A DNA stretch of 64,000 nucleotides from Parasphingorhabdus sp. (GCF_039982415.1 NZ_JBDWYL010000006.1:461613-525612), one strand, 5' to 3'. Counted from the stretch's first letter, positions 28,763-38,277 are shown. The notes: generated by a model not told the origin, from the letters alone. Numbers and translations are program-made.

Positions 28763-29850
28763 TCGGTCCAACCCAGTTCCCGCTTATAACGGGGAATGAA
28801 AAGCGTCTTACCTTTGATTGCGCGAGTCAAAAACGGACCCGTGACACCAATGGGCAAGGCGCTCGCGCCTTTATCAGGCCCCAGCGGCAATAATATCATC
28901 GGCTTGGACCAAGGTTTATAGGGTTTCATATTTACGATCGGTCGGCCGCGCAAATCCGCCTTCAGCGCCTTGACCAACCAATTTACCTGCCGCGTCAATG
29001 CAATGATTGTCATCATATCGCCGGTTGCCGCAATATCGCCGACAACAAACAGATCGGGATTGGCCGTCGGACGCAGCCAATTGTCTACCATCACGCGGCC
29101 TTGCGGGTTGAATTCAACCGTTTCGAGCGGTTGCAGTAAATCGGTTACTGGCTTTGCCCCAACCACAGGAATCACCAAATCCGCTGCAATGGGAAAACCA
29201 TCCGCCAGCTTGATCTGGCCTTTGGTCGGCACAAAGGGTTGATCGGTTTTTTTCAATTTTTCAATCCGCTCGCCCAAGCGCAGCTTGACGCCCAATTCTC
29301 CCAATTGGCGAGCCATTATTCGTCCCAATTTTACAGGAAAGGCGGGCAATAAACGGGCATCGGCGGACAATAGAGTCACTTGCTTTTCTGGCCGCGCAAA
29401 AGCCAATTCGCCAGCCAGTTCACAGCCCACGGCTCCGGCGCCGACAATGGCAATAGATTGCGCTTTATCAATTTGTGCCATCACCTTTTTGGCCTGGCTA
29501 ACAAAGGCGGCACTATCATCATTTTGCATCTTGAATGGCAGCGCATAATTGGACCCAGTCGCGACAATCACCTTGTCCCCAGAAATTGTTGTACCATTTT
29601 CCAAAATTGTCATGGTGCCATCTATCGCAACCGCTCGGCCGCGACATAGCTTTCCCTTTTGCAACAATCCGTCATAGGGCATGACGATCTCATCTAATAA
29701 TTCGGGTCGCGCCAAAGCCCGGATCATCGCGACATTATGCACCCATTTGTCCCGCGGTTCGATCAGAGTAATATCCGCATGGGCTTCGAGCTGCTTGGCG
29801 AGCATGATACCTGCATAACCGCCGCCTATAATTGTTATTTTTTTGGCCAT
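28759..29850 (-). CDS. FAD-dependent pyridine-nucleotide oxidoreductase, AIFM2/FSP1-like
   Basis: Probable start 29850; IIGGGYAG, HNVAMIRA, ATGS, VGAGAVGCELAGE, VVGD. Confidence 0.75.
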   Translation of the reverse strand: MAKKITIIGGGYAGIMLAKQLEAHADITLIEPRDKWVHNVAMIRALARPELLDEIVMPYDGLLQKGKLCRGRAVAIDGTMTILENGTTISGDKVIVATGSNYALPFKMQNDDSAAFVSQAKKVMAQIDKAQSIAIVGAGAVGCELAGELAFARPEKQVTLLSADARLLPAFPVKLGRIMARQLGELGVKLRLGERIEKLKKTDQPFVPTKGQIKLADGFPIAADLVIPVVGAKPVTDLLQPLETVEFNPQGRVMVDNWLRPTANPDLFVVGDIAATGDMMTIIALTRQVNWLVKALKADLRGRPIVNMKPYKPWSKPMILLPLGPDKGASALPIGVTGPFLTRAIKGKTLFIPRYKRELGWTD

Positions 29851-29941
29851 AACCGATTCATAAGACGCTTTGCGCGTCCGGGACAAGACTAATCGCGGTT
29901 CGCCATTGACGGGACCCGGTTTATATCGCCATGTCCTTCTA

Positions 29942-30862
29942 ATGATTGTTCAATTGATCCATAATCCAGCATCCGGAACGCATCATGAATTGCGCTTGGA
30001 TGTACTGGCCCAGGCCTTTCAAGCTTGCGGGGCAAAAGTGGTTAAGGGCCATACGACCAAAGAAGGCAGAGTCGATATCGCGCCCAATGCAGATCTCATC
30101 TGTGTTTCGGGCGGAGACGGTACCTTGCGCTTGGTCATCGCCGCGATGCAAGCCAAAGAAATTGGCCGGCCAATCTGTATTTTTCCGGCCGGGACGGTCA
30201 ATTTAGTGGCGCGGGAAATTGGCTATTCTTCCGCGCCCGAAACTTTTGCCAGCGAAGTTATGCAAGGCTATCTGGCCGGGGAAACGGCGCGGTTAAAAGA
30301 ACCGGTTGTCGCCAGCAATTATGGACCCTTTGTTGCTTGCCTCAGTGCGGGGCCGGACGGCTTGGCCGTTGCCAATCATTCTCCCGCGTTGAAACAGAAA
30401 ATTGGTCGCAGCGCTTATGGCCTGTCTTTTGTGCAATTATTTTTCCAGTGGATCCGGCCTTCTTTTACCATCGCTATTTCACACATGAATGAGGCGCGGC
30501 AGGATCATCGTTGCGAAGCCTTTTATATTGCAAAAGGCCGCTATTTTGCCGGACCTTGGCGATTGACGCCGGAAGCCGGACTTGGGCGTGATTATTTTCA
30601 TGTGATCCTGTTAAAAACAGCCACGCGGTGGAATTTTATCCGCTTCATGCTGTCGATAGCGCGCGGCAAAAATCCTGAAAACCTGTCCTTTGTTGAAAGC
30701 TATCAGGCGCGCTCAATCACCATAAATTCCACGGCGGGGGAAGATAATATCCTTTATTTTCAAGAGGATGGAGATAGTATGCCGGCAATGCCTACCACCG
30801 TCAAGATGACAGATTATGTTGCGGAATATTGCTTGCCTTTTAGCGAAGACAGCGCCGCTTAA
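29942..30862 (+). CDS. Diacylglycerol-kinase-family (YegS/BmrU type) lipid kinase
   Basis: Probable start 29942 (MIVQLIHNPASG); SGGDGT, PAGTVNLVAREIG, terminal QEDGD. Confidence 0.85.
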   Translation: MIVQLIHNPASGTHHELRLDVLAQAFQACGAKVVKGHTTKEGRVDIAPNADLICVSGGDGTLRLVIAAMQAKEIGRPICIFPAGTVNLVAREIGYSSAPETFASEVMQGYLAGETARLKEPVVASNYGPFVACLSAGPDGLAVANHSPALKQKIGRSAYGLSFVQLFFQWIRPSFTIAISHMNEARQDHRCEAFYIAKGRYFAGPWRLTPEAGLGRDYFHVILLKTATRWNFIRFMLSIARGKNPENLSFVESYQARSITINSTAGEDNILYFQEDGDSMPAMPTTVKMTDYVAEYCLPFSEDSAA

Positions 30863-30866
30863 TCGC

Positions 30867-31757
30867 TTAGGCCGCGCGGCAATGACCGGCAATGAGATCG
30901 ACCATGATGGGCAATTTGCTCGGCGGCAAATCATGGCCCATACCATCAATTAATTCCAGCCGGGCATTGTTGACATTGGCCGCAATATCTTCCCCGCAAG
31001 GATGCGGAATCAAGGGATCAGAAGTGCCATGGATTACCAAAGTCGGTACCGATATCACTTTGGTTTTGGGCCGCAAATTTCCGGTTTCGATAATCGCTGC
31101 CATTTGTCTTTGGCGGCCTGCGGGATAAAAGCTGCGTTGCAGCGCGATTTTCATCAGCGCTTTGCGCTCATCTTCCCGTGCTCGTCCTTCTTCTGAGGCG
31201 ATGATCGAAGAAAAGGCCATGCCAACCGTCAGCGCTTCCTCCAAACTTGTCGCTTTGGCGCGCGCTGATTGAATCAGACCTTTGCGCACTTTCGGCGTTG
31301 CGCCCGGAAGGCCGGGTGCATTGGTCGAAGACATGATCGGAACAAAGGACAAGACGCGCTCTGCATAATCGGCTGCAATGAGCTGGCCAATCATGCCCCC
31401 CATGGACGCACCAACAATATGCGCTTTGTCTATTTCCAAGGCATCCAGCACGCCAATCGCATCATGGGCCATATCACTGAGATTATAGGGCGCCAAATTC
31501 TGGCTCGGGAAAAACCGTTTCGTGAAAATCTGCCGCAGCGGGCCGGGAGCCGCAACCCCTTCGCATTTATAAGACAGCCCGACATCACGATTATCAAAGC
31601 TGACCACGCGAAAGCCCGCCGCGACCAATCCATTGATGAAATCCATCGGCCAGGCAACCAGCTGTGTGCCATATCCCATGATTAGCAATATGGCGGGATC
31701 GGTGGAATTTCCATGATCTTCCACTTCAATATTAATCCCATTAGCCGTCACTTGCAT
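30867..31757 (-). CDS. Alpha/beta hydrolase
   Basis: Probable start 31757; FDNRDVG, GASMGG nucleophile elbow, GMGHD. Confidence 0.9.
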   Translation of the reverse strand: MQVTANGINIEVEDHGNSTDPAILLIMGYGTQLVAWPMDFINGLVAAGFRVVSFDNRDVGLSYKCEGVAAPGPLRQIFTKRFFPSQNLAPYNLSDMAHDAIGVLDALEIDKAHIVGASMGGMIGQLIAADYAERVLSFVPIMSSTNAPGLPGATPKVRKGLIQSARAKATSLEEALTVGMAFSSIIASEEGRAREDERKALMKIALQRSFYPAGRQRQMAAIIETGNLRPKTKVISVPTLVIHGTSDPLIPHPCGEDIAANVNNARLELIDGMGHDLPPSKLPIMVDLIAGHCRAA

Positions 31758-31846
31758 CTGCTGATCCTGATTCCCATTGGGCTGAAAATATCGCAATGGC
31801 TTACCATAAGCGGCAGCGCATACAAGCGGGATTGCGCCATAAAAGC

Positions 31847-34603
31847 TTAAGGTTCGCGCGATCCTGCGGGCGCGCCAGTTGGCACATCAGCCAGTTTGGC
31901 GAGGATCGCATCGGACTGCGCCACCACCGCGCCCAGTTTCGCGACCTGATTGTCATCATCAACCACCGCCCGGATATTCAATGCCGGAGCCATCCCAATA
32001 GCCTGTGCCGACAGCTCCTGAATTTTCAGATTATAGGCACCATAAGGCACCCCTTCGAACAGGAAGAAGCCGTCAAACTCACTTTGCGTTTGATGGGTAA
32101 CCCGTCCTTCAACATCCAATAGTTCCAGGCCAACCCCAGCAAGCACGCCGCCGCCTTTGCGCAGCAATGTCCCTTCCACTTCCCCGGCGCTGACCAACGG
32201 CAGTTCCACGGTCGCTGCAACACCGGGCCGCGGCGTTATAACAACGCCCGGAAGTGCTGGCTGCACATAGGGATCCGGTAAACTACCGCTATCAATCCCG
32301 ATAAGCACTGGCCGGAAAGGTTCCAGATTGTCGATAATGGATTTGCCGGATGCGTCAGTCGGCGTGAGCGCTGTGGATTGCCCAGCGGTAAGCTCAACAT
32401 TTTCAACCAATTGTTCATCCGGCTGTCTTTTGCCATCGCGATTTTCGTCCCGATAGACAATCGCCAAGGCCTGACCGCTATTCGCAAGCTTATTATTGGA
32501 AAAACGGAATTTCCCATTGCGCGGATCCGGGCCAAAGCTGAACGCCACGTTCAAACCGGCGGCAACCGATCCATCCGTAGCCGCCTCTGCGCTGGCTGTA
32601 AGCGAAAATTTGTCAAACCGGCGAATAATCCCAATCGCAGCGCGGCCCCGATCCAACCCGACATCATAGCCAAGCTCTGCCCGCCAATCCGCCCGGTCGC
32701 CAGCGCGCCATTCGCCAGTAAAATTAACCCTTTCGAAACGTTTTTCCGGAGCAAGCCTATAGGTTGCCTCCCCGCGCAAGCGCACACCGGCCACCCGGCC
32801 ATTGGCAAGCAAGCGCGCTTCAATCCGGTCCGCCGCATTGCTTATATTGCTTAGCTGTCGTTCCCAATTCACTTCGCCGGTGAGCGAGAATCGACGCAGA
32901 TTCAATGAGGCACGACCCGTCACATCCAGTGCAGAACGGCCATCCGTGCGGGTTTCATATTGGGCGTCAATATGAAAAGGCACAATCTTGCTGCCCAGCT
33001 TGAAATTATGGTCCACGGACAATCGATGTCGTCCGTTCACCTTTTGTTCGATACGATCTGATCGAAATCCGCCTCTTGCCCATATGGTTTCAGCGGTGAT
33101 GAAGCTGTTTCCGAGCTCACCAAGCAGTTGACCGCGAAACGCTAAACCGCTTTCGAGGTCTGATGAGGCGGTCAGTTCCACAAGCGCCGGGCCGACAGCG
33201 CGCCGTACCGATCCCTCGACAAAATTATGGCGCTTTCCATCAATTTGGAGGCTAAACAACGAGGCCGCGACCGACGTTTTGGCATTGAGTCCGCGTTCGA
33301 CGCCAAAGCCCCCTCGCCAACCGGCTTGCTGAAGATTTTCCAGCGCGTTGAAATTGATCAAATCTTTGCCAGCTTCTTGACCGCCCGCCCAATAATAGGT
33401 TTTGCGCGGCGGAATGGAATCGACACCAACCGGTACCGACTTATGGTCTCGTCTGATCTGGCCCTGCGGCCCATAGAGCACCACTTCAAACCGGTTCTGG
33501 CCATAAAGCAGCGGTATATCGATAAACTCATAGCGCCCATCGGATCGATTTTCAGCAAAAGCCAATAATTGGCCATTGCGATAAAGTTCCGCATCCCATC
33601 CGGCTGGCAATTCACCGCGAAAACTGGTGCGATCGAAATTATCCGGGCGATCCACAGGGCGATTGGTAATAATCGCACCGCGTCCAGCCGTGCTTTGCGA
33701 GACCAGCGGTGTCGAAAAAGTGGACACATCGCCAATAGCCACATGAGTTGCCTGAAGCGGGCCGAGAAGTTCACCCTTAGGGTCCGTCCGATAGGCTCGC
33801 AGCCTCAGACTTTCCGGCACGCCATTATCATCCGATGACAATCGTGCATCAAATGAGGCTTTGCCGACTTCACCGGATGCAAAAAGCTCATAGCGCACAT
33901 CCATATCCTGACCTGACCGCTTGTCGCGCAAGCCGCCGGCTGACACCACAACATCAACCGATGGCGTTCGCCAGAATTTATAAGGTTCGGTTGATTGCGG
34001 CAGGCTGGAAAGATCAAAATTTCGGCGCGGCCGTATCTTAGCGGCCCGTTCCTTGCGCTCCAAGGCCTTTTGAAATGGCAATTTCCGTTCCGTTTCAATC
34101 ACCAATAGCGCATTAGACAGGTCCGGGCGCAGCTCGATATCAAACCAGCGAGACAAAGCTTTGACATCAATACACCAGCCTTCAGGGGTGTCGTAAATAT
34201 CACCAGGTGACAGCTTTTTCTGGCTGTTCATGCGCCGTACGCTGTTATTATCGCGTTCAATGGTCAAGGTTTCGCGCTCCGAAAACACCCAACCAGTTGC
34301 GCGGCGCGACTTTTTATCTAACCTAATTGGTAAATCCAATGCGATAATGACATCGGCAAAATCAGTACAGACACCCTTGTCCGTCTGATAGCCTCTTATC
34401 CCGTCACCCAGGCGATATTTGCCTGATCGCAGATCAAAGAGCAACGCATCATCATCGGTTGCGGTCCAGCCGCTCTCGCTCGCCGTGTTTTGGGCTTGCG
34501 CAGCACTCGCCATAAACGGCGAAACCGCCGAGATCATGGTGATCCCCGCGGCTACGGCCAGCGCCTTAATGCGCTGGCGGAATATGCTAAGTTGCTTTTT
34601 CAT
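31847..34603 (-). CDS. Large secreted beta-rich outer-membrane protein, putative fimbrial usher
   Basis: 918 aa; signal peptide (AQA), ELYRNGQLL and LLYGQNRFEVVLYGPQGQ (usher plug/MID-like), alternating beta strands, C-terminal Ig-like repeats; downstream of a chaperone. Confidence 0.7.
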   Translation of the reverse strand: MKKQLSIFRQRIKALAVAAGITMISAVSPFMASAAQAQNTASESGWTATDDDALLFDLRSGKYRLGDGIRGYQTDKGVCTDFADVIIALDLPIRLDKKSRRATGWVFSERETLTIERDNNSVRRMNSQKKLSPGDIYDTPEGWCIDVKALSRWFDIELRPDLSNALLVIETERKLPFQKALERKERAAKIRPRRNFDLSSLPQSTEPYKFWRTPSVDVVVSAGGLRDKRSGQDMDVRYELFASGEVGKASFDARLSSDDNGVPESLRLRAYRTDPKGELLGPLQATHVAIGDVSTFSTPLVSQSTAGRGAIITNRPVDRPDNFDRTSFRGELPAGWDAELYRNGQLLAFAENRSDGRYEFIDIPLLYGQNRFEVVLYGPQGQIRRDHKSVPVGVDSIPPRKTYYWAGGQEAGKDLINFNALENLQQAGWRGGFGVERGLNAKTSVAASLFSLQIDGKRHNFVEGSVRRAVGPALVELTASSDLESGLAFRGQLLGELGNSFITAETIWARGGFRSDRIEQKVNGRHRLSVDHNFKLGSKIVPFHIDAQYETRTDGRSALDVTGRASLNLRRFSLTGEVNWERQLSNISNAADRIEARLLANGRVAGVRLRGEATYRLAPEKRFERVNFTGEWRAGDRADWRAELGYDVGLDRGRAAIGIIRRFDKFSLTASAEAATDGSVAAGLNVAFSFGPDPRNGKFRFSNNKLANSGQALAIVYRDENRDGKRQPDEQLVENVELTAGQSTALTPTDASGKSIIDNLEPFRPVLIGIDSGSLPDPYVQPALPGVVITPRPGVAATVELPLVSAGEVEGTLLRKGGGVLAGVGLELLDVEGRVTHQTQSEFDGFFLFEGVPYGAYNLKIQELSAQAIGMAPALNIRAVVDDDNQVAKLGAVVAQSDAILAKLADVPTGAPAGSREP

Positions 34604-34662
34604 TACAAATATAGTGAAGGCTTACCGTATTGAAGTCGGCCTAATATATTGTTTTATATACT

Positions 34663-35505
34663 CTATCTAAGAACCAGATCAGTTTTGGTGATCAATCCTC
34701 CGCCGACATTGCGGGGTTCATAATATTCTATGGATAGCGGACCTTTCAGCTGTGCGGCCACTTCAGGCGGCACTGGCAGCGTGACTTTCCGGCTCGCAAT
34801 TTCTGGATAGACCGCAATACCGCGAACCAATAATAAGGGCTCATCAACCCCGGGTTTGACAACTCGGATTTCTCCATAGGTGGATCGTTCGCCGGTACGG
34901 CTTAAATCAAAGGCGAAAGCCTGGCCTTCTTCACCCTGCTCCATACGGGCATTGGCTATGGCGGCTGTGGCGGTCAACTTTCCTTGGCGAATTATCACCG
35001 GAATGGTTACTCCGTAAATCGGCGTCAAAGCGATTGAAAAGCCTTGGCTTTGCTCAGGCGCCGCGGTTACAGACCGTGCCTTTGGAACTGCGCGGAAAAG
35101 CAAATGGACCCGATATTCCCCATCTGCCAGATTTTTCGGAGCACGAACGCCCAATCGTATCGCTTGCGGTTGGTTTGGCGGTAAGGTGACCCGGCGGGGT
35201 GCATAACGGATCATGTCTTTGGCCGCTTGCTCCAGTTCACTGGCATCTTCCGGACTGACACCCGTCAACCGGCCTTCTGCTGTCATGCGGCGCAATTCCA
35301 ATGAAATCCGGTAAGTCGCGGTCTCTGACCCGATATTATTCAAAATCACTTCGGTGCCTCGCTGACCATCGAGAACGATACGCGTCGGCGCCACCAACAG
35401 GTCTCCAGCAGCATGTGCTGGCAAAGCTGGCAGCGCCATAGCGGATGCAAGCACTCCCAAACCAACATAAAATTTACTCAGTTGCTTCAGACCCTTGATT
35501 GTCAT
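34663..35505 (-). CDS. Periplasmic fimbrial chaperone (PapD/EcpB-like)
   Basis: Probable start 35505; signal peptide (AHA); LLVAPTRIVL, IRYAPRRVTLPPNQPQAIRL, DGEYRVHL, YGVTIPVIIR. Confidence 0.8.
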   Translation of the reverse strand: MTIKGLKQLSKFYVGLGVLASAMALPALPAHAAGDLLVAPTRIVLDGQRGTEVILNNIGSETATYRISLELRRMTAEGRLTGVSPEDASELEQAAKDMIRYAPRRVTLPPNQPQAIRLGVRAPKNLADGEYRVHLLFRAVPKARSVTAAPEQSQGFSIALTPIYGVTIPVIIRQGKLTATAAIANARMEQGEEGQAFAFDLSRTGERSTYGEIRVVKPGVDEPLLLVRGIAVYPEIASRKVTLPVPPEVAAQLKGPLSIEYYEPRNVGGGLITKTDLVLR

Positions 35506-35654
35506 TTTTTTCTCCGGTTTTCGATTCTGGCCATTTGAATAAGGCGGTTTTCCGCGCTTATCCCCACGCAAAAACTATAACAAAAGAGGGTTACTAAAGC
35601 GCTAATCGCACCCAGATCATCCCCGGAATTTCTAGCTTATGGGCAGCAAACACG

Positions 35655-35691
35655 AAAAACCCGCCCGCACCTGAGTGCGGACGGGAATTTT
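35655..35691 (-). terminator. Rho-independent terminator after the DUF4402 pilin gene
   Basis: Minus strand CCCGTCCGCAC-TCAG-GTGCGGGCGGG then TTTTT. Confidence 0.8.
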
Positions 35692-35733
35692 ACTCAACTA
35701 ATTGGCTAGCCCTTTAACCAGGCTAGGCTCCAA

Positions 35734-36228
35734 TCAAGGATATTCAACGGTGACCGTGAAGGTACCGGAATAAGAACCGTCAACCTGAGCAGCGTTAACA
35801 GCCAAGCTGCCGCCGACAGAGAAAGATCCGTCACCGGATGCATCCAACGCGGTCAAAGCGGTTGAAGACAATGTTGCAGTCATCGCTGCACCAGGGCCGG
35901 TCAGGCTTACAGTTGAAGGAACGGTCAGTGTTACTGCTTCAGAAGCAGAACCGGTTACGCTGAAATCAGCTGCGTCGGTTGTGCCTGAGCAGATCAGATC
36001 ACATGTACCGCGAACACCGTCATTACCAACAACAACGTTGCCAGCGGTTCCGTCGGTAACGATCGTACCGAAATCAAGATCGGTGCCGGCATCTTTAGAT
36101 ACAGTCAGCTCTTCAAGGATGTTGGCGCGTGCTTCTGCAGTTGCCGTTGCGGCATGCGCAGCATTTGCACCCATTACAGTTGCAACAAGAGCGGAAGAAG
36201 CCAAAGCGGCTTTAACAAATTTAGACAT
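35734..36228 (-). CDS. DUF4402 secreted protein, putative major pilin
   Basis: 164 aa; signal peptide ending AHA; LDFG, Cys pair (CDLIC), C-terminal YSGTFTVTVEYP with penultimate Tyr. Confidence 0.75.
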   Translation of the reverse strand: MSKFVKAALASSALVATVMGANAAHAATATAEARANILEELTVSKDAGTDLDFGTIVTDGTAGNVVVGNDGVRGTCDLICSGTTDAADFSVTGSASEAVTLTVPSTVSLTGPGAAMTATLSSTALTALDASGDGSFSVGGSLAVNAAQVDGSYSGTFTVTVEYP

Positions 36229-36493
36229 ATTTTCTGGTCCCTATATTATACTACTATATTGAAAGGGCGCCTACGGTGCATCATAACCAAACCCACTGGT
36301 CGGATGTCGCTACACGCCAACATTCGATAATGCTTATCCCCCAGAAAAGATAAGGCTTTGCTGCCAGCATTGGTTAAGAATTTCTATACGGACTAATTGT
36401 ATGATAAATAACGTTTTTTTACGGCCAGTTTACAAAATGAAACAGAAAGAATCTAACCGATAGCGGCCGAAATCCCGTTTAAGTTAGCTAAAA

Positions 36494-37456
36494 TTAAATA
36501 TGTTCACCGGTCAATCGCTGACAAATCAGATCCAATTGATCGAGATTATTATAGTCAATTGTCATTGAACCGGCTCCCGTTTGACCTTTGGATTGAATCG
36601 CAACTTTTAATCCCAGTAAATCACCCAAATGGCTTTCCACCGCCCGAATATCCGCATCATTTTCACCGGCACTGGATAGAGAGGCTTTGGTTTTGCGTTT
36701 CGGGCCGCCGAGCATTTTGCGCACCAGCTTTTCCGTATCCCGCACAGAAAGACCTTGCTTGACAACTTGTTGCGCCAAATCTTCGCTATGGGGAGCATTA
36801 ATCAGCGCCCGCGCATGGCCCATGGACAATTTTTCATCACCCACCAGTTCCCGAACGGATTCAGGCAATTCGAGCAATCGCATCAAATTGGCGATATGGC
36901 TTCGAGATTTCCCCACCAATTCTGCGAGCTTCGCTTGGCTATGCCCGAAATCATCCTTTAATTTCACATAGGCTTCTGCTTCTTCGACCGCATTTAGATC
37001 CCGGCGCTGGACATTTTCAACAATTGCAATTTCAAGCGTTTCGGCATCATTGAGACTGCGAACAATTGCTGGAACCTGATGCAAACGAGCGCGCTGCGCC
37101 GCCCGCCACCGCCGTTCGCCCGCGACAATCTGGAAATTCTTGCCATGCGGCCGCACCACGATGGGCTGAATAACCCCGCGCAGCTTCATGCTATCGGCCA
37201 ATTCATCCAAAGCGGCATTATCAAATTGTTGCCGCGGCTGATCTGGATTGGGGCGGATGTCGGAAATAGCAATAGAGCGCAAGCCATCAACCCGAGCCTC
37301 ACCTTCTGCGCCACCTCCAGAAACATCAGCTGATTGGATGAGCGGCTCCTCGCGCTGAATTTCACCAAAAAGAGAATTGAGCCCTCGGCCGAGTCCCGTG
37401 GCTTTCTTAATCGCCGCTTTTTTGGGCAAAGGTGTTTCCTCTTCTTTCGCCATCAT
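36494..37456 (-). CDS. parB: Chromosome partitioning protein ParB
   Basis: LGRGL, QPRQ.F, GVIQPIVVRP, IVAGERRWRAA, IVENVQRRDLN, HTH; start overlaps the parA stop. Confidence 0.97.
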   Translation of the reverse strand: MMAKEEETPLPKKAAIKKATGLGRGLNSLFGEIQREEPLIQSADVSGGGAEGEARVDGLRSIAISDIRPNPDQPRQQFDNAALDELADSMKLRGVIQPIVVRPHGKNFQIVAGERRWRAAQRARLHQVPAIVRSLNDAETLEIAIVENVQRRDLNAVEEAEAYVKLKDDFGHSQAKLAELVGKSRSHIANLMRLLELPESVRELVGDEKLSMGHARALINAPHSEDLAQQVVKQGLSVRDTEKLVRKMLGGPKRKTKASLSSAGENDADIRAVESHLGDLLGLKVAIQSKGQTGAGSMTIDYNNLDQLDLICQRLTGEHI

Positions 37457-38235
37457 GCTGCAACCTTGCGTTCCGGCAATCGCGAAATTAACTCCCGCGC
37501 CAAATTGATATAGGCTTCGGACCCGCTGCAACGATGGTCATAAATTAGCGCTGGCAAACCATGACTCGGCGCCTCGGAAAGCCGGACATTTCTAGGAATG
37601 ACTGTGTCAAAGACGACATTCCCCAAACAAGCACGCACATCATCCGACACTTGTTCGGTCAATTTGTTACGACGATCATACATGGTGAGCACCACGCCCA
37701 TAACCGAAAGTTCACGGTTAAACCGCGCTCGAATACGTTCAACTGTTTGTAATAATTGACTTAATCCCTCTAAAGCGAAAAATTCACATTGTAGGGGAAC
37801 AAGCAAGGATTCGACCGCAACCATTGCATTCAGCGTCAACAGACCGAGAGATGGCGGGCAATCAATGAGGCAAATATCCCATTGCCCATCGTCACCAGCA
37901 TCCAACGCCTTTTTAAGGCGATGGGTGCGTTCTTCAAACTCAACAAGCTCAACTTCAGCGCCCGAAAGATCCACAACCGCTGGAACAATGTCCAATCCTG
38001 GAACCCGGCTCTTGATAACACAATCGGATAAAGGCGTATCCGAAACCAGCAGATCATAGCTGCTTTGTGTGCGGTCTACCTGATTGAGCCCCAATCCGGT
38101 TGATGCATTGCCTTGTGGATCAAGATCAATCAGCAAAACCTTCCAACCACTCGCAGCCAAGGCTGTTGCCATATTAATAGCCGTGGTTGTCTTGCCAACG
38201 CCGCCTTTTTGATTTGCTATCGCTATCCGGACCAT
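37453..38235 (-). CDS. parA: ParA/Soj ATPase
   Basis: NQKGGVGKTTT, DLDPQGNAS, DCPPSLG, RNVRLSEAPS. Confidence 0.97.
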   Translation of the reverse strand: MVRIAIANQKGGVGKTTTAINMATALAASGWKVLLIDLDPQGNASTGLGLNQVDRTQSSYDLLVSDTPLSDCVIKSRVPGLDIVPAVVDLSGAEVELVEFEERTHRLKKALDAGDDGQWDICLIDCPPSLGLLTLNAMVAVESLLVPLQCEFFALEGLSQLLQTVERIRARFNRELSVMGVVLTMYDRRNKLTEQVSDDVRACLGNVVFDTVIPRNVRLSEAPSHGLPALIYDHRCSGSEAYINLARELISRLPERKVAA

Positions 38236-38277
38236 TTTACGCAGAACCCTTCGCTAAGCTGTTATAAAATAATGTCT

